Source of the DNA: Candidatus Nanopusillus sp.
GTDB lineage: Archaea; Nanobdellota; Nanobdellia; Nanobdellales; Nanobdellaceae
Assembly (NCBI GenBank): GCA_046533775.1
Contig: JAWDOO010000015.1
Coordinates: 1-6,978, forward strand
Length of the DNA: 6,978 nt
Direction: 5' to 3'
Shown: in pieces, positions 1 through 4,911 of the stretch
Layout: every line of letters starts with the position of its first letter
How positions within the stretch are numbered: position 1 is the first letter of the stretch
Notes under the pieces: generated by a model
Seen by the model: only the letters and a program-made list of their open reading frames with translations
What the model was told of the DNA's origin: nothing
Database searches by the model: none
Program-made: the position numbers and the translations under genes

Positions 1-438
1 TTTGATGGATTAGCCCTGTTTTTTCTTGGTTTATTATTTGAATATTTATATGGAAGTAAAGATCTTTTAATATTATTTTTCTTATCTGGTATTGTTGGAA
101 ATATATTCTTTTTATTTCAATATTATAATAACCCACTGATTGCTGGAATTGGATCTTCTGCTGCAATATCTGGTATATTAGGAGCATTGGGAATATTGAG
201 ACCAAAAGAGAAAGTAATAATATTTCCGATAATAATTCCAATAGATATGATATATGCAGCAATATTTTGGGTTATATTTAACTTAATTGGAGTATTTTAT
301 CCATTTATACCTTTGGGATTTTCTGCACATCTGGGTGGTACATTATTTGGATTTTTATATGGATATATATTAAAAAGATATAAAGGGAAAACATCAATAG
401 ATAATATTTTTGATAATCAAGAAACAATTTATTTATAA
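1..438 (+). CDS. Rhomboid-family intramembrane serine protease, C-terminal part (5' end outside the window)
   Basis: Frame 1 has no stop from nt 1 to the TAA at 436-438, so the track's TTG start at 187 is probably an artefact of the window edge. The translation FDGLALFFLGLLFEYLYG...GIGSSAAISGILGALG...FSAHLGGTLFGFLYG carries the rhomboid GxSx catalytic-Ser motif (Ser codon 157-159) and the AHxGG catalytic-His motif (His codon 328-330), both inside hydrophobic helices. Confidence 0.85.
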   Translation, partial: FDGLALFFLGLLFEYLYGSKDLLILFFLSGIVGNIFFLFQYYNNPLIAGIGSSAAISGILGALGILRPKEKVIIFPIIIPIDMIYAAIFWVIFNLIGVFYPFIPLGFSAHLGGTLFGFLYGYILKRYKGKTSIDNIFDNQETIYL

Positions 439-444
439 TTTTTT
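439..444 (+). terminator. Oligo-T tract (T6) immediately after the rhomboid stop codon; archaeal-type terminator candidate
   Basis: TAA at 436-438 is followed directly by TTTTTT at 439-444. T-runs are common in this AT-rich DNA, so the call is weak. Confidence 0.3.
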
Positions 445-454
445 GCCAATAAAA

Positions 455-463
455 TTATATAAA
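455..463 (+). promoter_or_regulatory. TATA-like box for the 79-aa ORF (leaderless geometry)
   Basis: The sequence aaaaTTATATAAAtt is centred about 27 nt upstream of the ATG at 486. No Shine-Dalgarno-like purine tract lies between them. Confidence 0.4.
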
Positions 464-485
464 TTATTAAAGTATAATTATTAAA

Positions 486-725
486 ATGGAAGCAAAATTC
501 GAAAATACAAATGAAAAATTAATAAAGGAAATAAGAACAAAATTGGCTACATTATCTACAAACACCCTTTTAAAATATTATGAAGATATTAAATCAAAGA
601 TTATTCCATCAAATTTATCATATTATTCTCAATATTTATCATATGAAGAATTATTAGATAATGTTGAAAGAGAATTAATATTGAGAGGAGCTCTAAAAAA
701 GATAAAAAAATTGGATATTCGATAG
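486..725 (+). CDS. Hypothetical small protein (79 aa), predicted helical, no recognisable family
   Basis: ATG-to-TAG ORF that exactly fills the gap between the rhomboid gene and the convergent thyA-like gene. A TATA-like box sits at the expected distance. I recognise no motif in it. Confidence 0.55.
   Translation: MEAKFENTNEKLIKEIRTKLATLSTNTLLKYYEDIKSKIIPSNLSYYSQYLSYEELLDNVERELILRGALKKIKKLDIR
704..710 (-). terminator. Oligo-T (T7 on the minus strand) 16 nt downstream of the thyA-like stop, embedded in the 3' end of the convergent 79-aa ORF
   Basis: An A7 run at 704-710 on the + strand reads as T7 on the - strand. A second A6 run lies at 695-700. Confidence 0.3.
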
Positions 726-2144
726 TTATACCTGATCTTGTATATATTTTTTGCCGGTTCTTCTAAATTCCTCCGATTTATATATTTCTTTTCCAACATA
801 CATTGAATGATCGTATGATGTAAAAAATGGTAGTCCCTTTAATATATTATATATTTCATCAACATTTTCAGATCCAAATTTAAAATCTAAAATTGTATTA
901 TCATAACTTCTATGTTCTACAAATGTTTTATTATCTTCATTATATATTATAAAATTACCCTTTGGATCTGGTACAAAAGATCTTATTCTATATCCATATT
1001 TTTCTAATACTCTTTCCATATATGGAAAATCATGTTCATATACATGTGCTGATGCTGAAATTGTTGTAACAATTCCTAATTCATATCCTTTGTTTGTTCT
1101 TTTATTTATTTCATTAACAATATATTCTCCAATTCTAATTAATGCATACATATTTAATGGCCATCCTCTAAACATGTCATTACTCCTTATATATTCTGTA
1201 AGGTTTAGATATTTCCCCTGAATTATTCCCTCTATAGATATAACACATGGCGGATCATTTGAATTTATATCTATATTTGGATTCCATGTAACCATGATTG
1301 CTCTCCTTGTTTCCGGATTTTTTGATAATTTATTTATAATATATTGTAATTGATTTAAATTATTATAATTAAGAAATCTTTCTCCATATGTATAATCAAC
1401 ACCTTCCGGTTTTTTATCAATAAAATATCCTTTTAAATGTTTTTCAAATTCTTCTAATTTAATAAATTCATCAAATTCTTTTTCTAAATAATATTTTCTC
1501 CCATATAATCCCAAACTAACAATTATATTTAATCTCTCTAATTGTTTTTCATTATATTCAGAACCTTTTAAAATTCCATACATTTTAATTTCTGTTAATA
1601 ATCTTACCCATGAATTAAATAATGATTCTTCATATATAAATGCAGGAGGTAATGGAATTGTATAACCATAATCTTTTTTTACATCTTCTTTTATTTCAAT
1701 ATTTATTTTCTTTCTAAATATATTTTCTGGTTTATAATTATTTTCAATTATTTCTTCTAATTTACTCATATTTTTATTCCAGAAATCTTTTCTCATATCT
1801 ATTACATTTGTAGTATTTAAAATTTCTTTTATTTCATTATAATTCAAATTTATATGATATCCCTTTAATGTATTTTCATCCTTATTATTAAATATATCAA
1901 TTAAAGCTTGACCGGATAGTGTTAGATCTGGTCCATATAGAATTATCTTATTTATCTGTGGGTTTTCTCCCAATGTTTGAATTAAATATTTTATTCCATT
2001 GATTGTATATAACGTTCCAATTATATTTATCTTATTTTTAATATTTTCAGGTAATGAATTAAATATAAAATCTTTTTTTGCCCATAATGTTGCTATAGAA
2101 ATATTGCTTTTCGGATTTATAATTAAAATATCTTTTTCTAACAT
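726..2144 (-). CDS. thyA: Thymidylate synthase (ThyA-type catalytic core) with an extra N-terminal MtrA-like module and a C-terminal DUF4346-like module
   Basis: 472-aa ORF. ThyA signatures are ETRRAIMVTWNP (R280/R281), NDPPCVISIEG (Cys300, codon 1245-1247), YIRSNDMFRGWPLNMYAL (R320/S321/D323/N331) and SAHVYEHD (H367/Y369). Residues ~1-140 (IIGTLYTINGIKYLIQTLGENPQINKIILYGPDLTLSGQALIDIFNN) resemble MtrA by eye. Residues ~390-472 (PDPKGNFIIY...VEHRSYDN...DHSMYVGKEIYKSE...KYIQD) resemble DUF4346 by eye. Confidence 0.85.
   Translation of the reverse strand: MLEKDILIINPKSNISIATLWAKKDFIFNSLPENIKNKINIIGTLYTINGIKYLIQTLGENPQINKIILYGPDLTLSGQALIDIFNNKDENTLKGYHINLNYNEIKEILNTTNVIDMRKDFWNKNMSKLEEIIENNYKPENIFRKKINIEIKEDVKKDYGYTIPLPPAFIYEESLFNSWVRLLTEIKMYGILKGSEYNEKQLERLNIIVSLGLYGRKYYLEKEFDEFIKLEEFEKHLKGYFIDKKPEGVDYTYGERFLNYNNLNQLQYIINKLSKNPETRRAIMVTWNPNIDINSNDPPCVISIEGIIQGKYLNLTEYIRSNDMFRGWPLNMYALIRIGEYIVNEINKRTNKGYELGIVTTISASAHVYEHDFPYMERVLEKYGYRIRSFVPDPKGNFIIYNEDNKTFVEHRSYDNTILDFKFGSENVDEIYNILKGLPFFTSYDHSMYVGKEIYKSEEFRRTGKKYIQDQV
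747..752 (+). terminator. Oligo-T (T6) 22 nt downstream of the 79-aa ORF stop, embedded in the 3' end of the convergent thyA-like gene
   Basis: TTTTTT at 747-752 follows the TAG at 723-725. Confidence 0.3.
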
Positions 2145-2166
2145 ATAGATAATTTTCTATTTTTTC

Positions 2167-2173
2167 TTATAAA
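2167..2173 (-). promoter_or_regulatory. TATA-like box for the thyA-like gene, overlapping the stop codon of the upstream glycosyltransferase gene
   Basis: The minus strand reads gAAAATTTATAAga, with its core centred about 26 nt upstream of the ATG at 2144. Only 22 nt separate the two genes. Confidence 0.35.
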
Positions 2174-3729
2174 TTTTCTTTTTTATTTATTATCCCCAAA
2201 TATAGTAAATTTTTTACATTCTTTTTGCTCATTTTATAACTTCTATATTGCAAATAGAATATAAATAATATTGAAATTATCCAAATATAAATGGAAAGCT
2301 CTCCCAATGTTATGCTCATTAAAAATGGTAAAATATTATAAGAATTTATATATGGTAGCCATGATGAATATGTATAGTAAAGGAAATATATATTTATTAA
2401 TAAAAATATTATATATACGGTTATCGAATAATAATCAAAATTATATTTTCTTATTGTTTTAACAGTAACTATCCATTTGTTATCTAAACCAATTAATAAT
2501 CTTCTTAAATAATAAGATATTGTTAATGCAGAGATACCCCAACCAATTAATAATACTAAAAAAGAATCCAAAATACTTGCTTTATTATATATTCTTTTTT
2601 CAACTATGTAATATTCTGTTATAAAAATTGTTATTATATAAATTTGTGAGAAATAAAAGAATGGAGCTACATAATACCATAATGGTGATGAAAGATTGAA
2701 TAGAATAATTATTATGCTAATTAATATTAATATAAAAGAAATTAATGGTAAAAATAATGTTGAAAACATATGAATGAAACTCATCTTTTGTTTAAATTTT
2801 AAATTTTTATTAAATAATATTTTCCAGAAATTTGAAATAATTACATCAAAAGTACCTGTTTGCCATCTTCTTAATGTTTTTAGCGTCATATTAAAGTTTG
2901 GAGGTAAATTTTGTCCATATTCAATCCAATCCCTAATATATATACCCTTAAAACCATTTAAATATAATCTAATTGTTAATGAAGCATCTTCAGTTAAATG
3001 TGGTGTAAATTTTCCAGCTTTTATATAATCTTCTAATCTCAAAACTCCACAAGAACCATGCGCCATGGATATATCATCCAAAATATTTTTCATTGGCAAA
3101 TAAAATTCAAAAAACGTGTCCACATAAATTCCAACAATTTTATGAAAATAATCTACTGGAACAGTCCTTCTGTTCCAATATACAAAAGATAAATCCTTAT
3201 TTGATTCTAGAATACATACAGCTTTATATAAATATTCGATTGTAACAGTCCATTCAAAATCATATACAGAAAAATACTTTATATTATATTTTCTTTTTAA
3301 ATAATCTAATACATCATCCAAAGCAGCACCCTTTCTTTTTATACCATTTAATCTAAAATAGTATTTTACTTTATCTAGGTCATATATTAAGTATTTTTCA
3401 TCATAATATTTTTTTAAACAATTTTTTTCTAAATATTCTACCAATTTATTTTCTTTGTTTAAATCTGTATCATCCAAAAATAAAAAATATATAGTAAGAT
3501 TTTTATACACATTATTTATATTTTTCAAATATTCAATTTTTTTTATTAAAAGATCTTCTTCTTCATTTTTTACTGGAAATATTACAAATAAATTTTCTTT
3601 ATTTTTTAAATCTCTATATTTTGGAATTTTTATTTTTCTATCTATATTTATCAAATATCTTAGATCAAATATTGATATTATTAATATATCTAATAATAAT
3701 AAGATTGAAGAAATAAATAATAGATCCAT
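2167..3729 (-). CDS. Membrane-integrated family-2 glycosyltransferase, processive synthase type (cellulose/chitin/PNAG-synthase-like)
   Basis: 520-aa ORF. It has an N-terminal TM helix followed by GT2 motifs: FPVKNEE (51-57), FLDDTD (84-89), KGAALDD (133-139), VYDFEW (a DxD-position variant, 155-160), TED in HLTEDASLTIRL (codons 2986-2994) and a QxxRW-type motif reading TLRRWQTG (Trp codon 2863-2865). About 5-6 hydrophobic helices follow, from residue ~320 to ~495. Confidence 0.9.
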   Translation of the reverse strand: MDLLFISSILLLLDILIISIFDLRYLINIDRKIKIPKYRDLKNKENLFVIFPVKNEEEDLLIKKIEYLKNINNVYKNLTIYFLFLDDTDLNKENKLVEYLEKNCLKKYYDEKYLIYDLDKVKYYFRLNGIKRKGAALDDVLDYLKRKYNIKYFSVYDFEWTVTIEYLYKAVCILESNKDLSFVYWNRRTVPVDYFHKIVGIYVDTFFEFYLPMKNILDDISMAHGSCGVLRLEDYIKAGKFTPHLTEDASLTIRLYLNGFKGIYIRDWIEYGQNLPPNFNMTLKTLRRWQTGTFDVIISNFWKILFNKNLKFKQKMSFIHMFSTLFLPLISFILILISIIIILFNLSSPLWYYVAPFFYFSQIYIITIFITEYYIVEKRIYNKASILDSFLVLLIGWGISALTISYYLRRLLIGLDNKWIVTVKTIRKYNFDYYSITVYIIFLLINIYFLYYTYSSWLPYINSYNILPFLMSITLGELSIYIWIISILFIFYLQYRSYKMSKKNVKNLLYLGIINKKENL

Positions 3730-3730
3730 T

Positions 3731-4111
3731 TTAATATAATGGACTCTGTATTATAATAGGTAATAGTTGTGATGATGCCGAATATATATACATGGGACTA
3801 ATTATCAGTGAATATATAATTAATGATATTAGTAATGACGCTAAAATAATAATTGCTATAATTATTAGAGACAAATCAAATAAATAATATAGTAATATCC
3901 CTATTATAAATAATAATATTATAATAAATAAGAATATTGATTGTATCATTGATAGATCCAATAATGATACTAATAATATAAGTAACAATGATAAAATTAT
4001 TAACAAAATTATAAATACTAATGCTCCTTTTTTCAATAACTTTGATAATATGATCAATACCAATGTGAATGTATATATTTCGAATAGAATAATGAATGTT
4101 GTTAATATCAT
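3731..4111 (-). CDS. Small polytopic membrane protein (126 aa, about 4 TM helices); candidate partner of the downstream glycosyltransferase
   Basis: The ORF ends at the TAA at 3731-3733, 1 nt before the glycosyltransferase ATG (3727-3729). There are four Leu/Ile-rich hydrophobic stretches separated by short polar loops (KLLKKG, DLSMIQS). A TATA-like palindrome is centred 25-26 nt upstream of the ATG. Low-complexity composition keeps confidence moderate. Confidence 0.6.
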   Translation of the reverse strand: MILTTFIILFEIYTFTLVLIILSKLLKKGALVFIILLIILSLLLILLVSLLDLSMIQSIFLFIIILLFIIGILLYYLFDLSLIIIAIIILASLLISLIIYSLIISPMYIYSASSQLLPIIIQSPLY

Positions 4112-4129
4112 ACATATTTTTTTACAAAA

Positions 4130-4143
4130 AAATTTATAAATTT
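4130..4143 (-). promoter_or_regulatory. Perfectly palindromic TATA-like element AAATTTATAAATTT in the divergent intergenic region
   Basis: The 14-nt sequence equals its own reverse complement. Its centre is about 25.5 nt upstream of the minus-strand ATG at 4111 (leaderless geometry). It shares the core AAATTTATAA with the element upstream of the thyA-like gene. Confidence 0.45.
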
Positions 4144-4271
4144 ATTCTATACCATTACTACTATATTAAAGGCAATATATTAATTATTTTCTATAAAATG
4201 ATAATTGATAAAATGTTTTGTAAAAATTTTAGAGCAAAAACCCTTAAAAGATTTTTAAATAAGTTATTTTA

Positions 4272-4910
4272 ATGGAAGATTACATAGATTTTGAAGAAAC
4301 AGGAATATTGGGAGTTGGAGATAAAGTACCAGAATTGGTAATAAAAGTATATGATACAGTAGAAAAAAAGTTCAAAGAAATAAATATATATAAAGATGTA
4401 TTAAGTAAAGGAAAATTTTTAGTATTATTCTATTACCCAGCAGATTTTACATTTGTATGTCCAACAGAATTAGAAGATCTAGCAGAAAAATATGATGAAA
4501 TAAAGAAGGAAGGTGCAGAAGTTATTGCAATGTCAACTGATACTGTATATACACACTTAGCATGGCACGCAACAGAAAAACTATTAGAAAATGTTAAATT
4601 TCCAATGGGTGAAGATCATACAGGAACAATAGCAAAGATGTTTAATATATATGATTATAAATCTGGAGTAGCATATAGAGCAACAATAATAATTGATCCA
4701 GATGGAACTGTTGTGGGAATGGAAGTAAATAATACAGATGTAGGAAGAGATTCTGATGAACTATTGAGAAAAATAAGAGCATTTAAATATGTAAGAGAGC
4801 ATCCAGGTGAAGTATGTCCAGCAAAATGGGGTAAAGATGTAAATATAACATTAAAGCCAGGAGAAAATTTAGTAGGAAGAGTATACGAATATTATAAAAA
4901 AGGCAAATAA
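4272..4910 (+). CDS. ahpC: Typical 2-Cys peroxiredoxin (AhpC/Prx1 subfamily)
   Basis: 212-aa ORF. The peroxidatic Cys sits in FYYPADFTFVCPTEL (Cys63, codon 4458-4460). The conserved Arg is in YRATIIIDPDG. The resolving Cys sits in HPGEVCPAKW (Cys182, codon 4815-4817). The start is slightly uncertain: about 12 residues precede the usual Prx N-terminus, and an in-frame TTG at 4308 is an alternative. Confidence 0.95.
   Translation: MEDYIDFEETGILGVGDKVPELVIKVYDTVEKKFKEINIYKDVLSKGKFLVLFYYPADFTFVCPTELEDLAEKYDEIKKEGAEVIAMSTDTVYTHLAWHATEKLLENVKFPMGEDHTGTIAKMFNIYDYKSGVAYRATIIIDPDGTVVGMEVNNTDVGRDSDELLRKIRAFKYVREHPGEVCPAKWGKDVNITLKPGENLVGRVYEYYKKGK
4896..4901 (-). terminator. Oligo-T (T6 on the minus strand) 11 nt downstream of the primase stop, embedded in the peroxiredoxin 3' coding end
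   Basis: An A6 run at 4896-4901 on the + strand. The primase stop TAA is at 4912-4914 on the - strand. Confidence 0.3.
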
Positions 4911-4911
4911 A

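Noticed and set aside
439-755. The identical 9-mer TTTTTTGCC occurs just after both + strand genes (439-447 and 747-755)
   Set aside because: There are only two copies. The T6 part is explained as a terminator tract, and the GCC in the second copy is simply the Gly codon of the convergent gene. This is too short to distinguish from chance.
2271-2462. 63-aa + strand ORF from the track
   Set aside because: It lies entirely antisense to the well-supported GT2 gene. Its composition is low-complexity Lys/Asn/Tyr/Ile, typical of the mirror frame of AT-rich coding DNA. It has no motif and no promoter context.
2774-3028. 84-aa + strand ORF from the track
   Set aside because: It is antisense to the GT2 catalytic region, overlapping the TED and RRW codons. 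It is an artefact of the AT-rich antisense frame.
726-3729. ThyA homologue next to a glycosyltransferase as a phage-like DNA base hypermodification module (hydroxymethylase plus DNA glycosyltransferase)
   Set aside because: The glycosyltransferase is a polytopic membrane GT2 with processive-synthase motifs, not a soluble DNA-modifying enzyme. The ThyA core keeps Asn at the base-discriminating position (N331 in GWPLNM), as in dUMP-specific thymidylate synthases, and not the Asp of dCMP hydroxymethylases. A promoter-like element separates the two genes. Hydroxymethylase activity cannot be strictly excluded from sequence alone.
3455-3739. 94-aa + strand ORF from the track
   Set aside because: It is antisense to the 5' part of the GT2 gene. 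Its low-complexity Phe/Ile/Ser/Lys content gives no independent support.
3876-4115. 79-aa minus-strand ORF overlapping the 126-aa membrane-protein ORF in another frame
   Set aside because: It is shorter and has Asn/Ile low complexity without helices or motifs. The competing frame gives a coherent 4-TM protein that runs to within 1 nt of the GT2 start. Its ATG at 4115 is almost as well placed relative to the TATA palindrome, so the rejection is not absolute.
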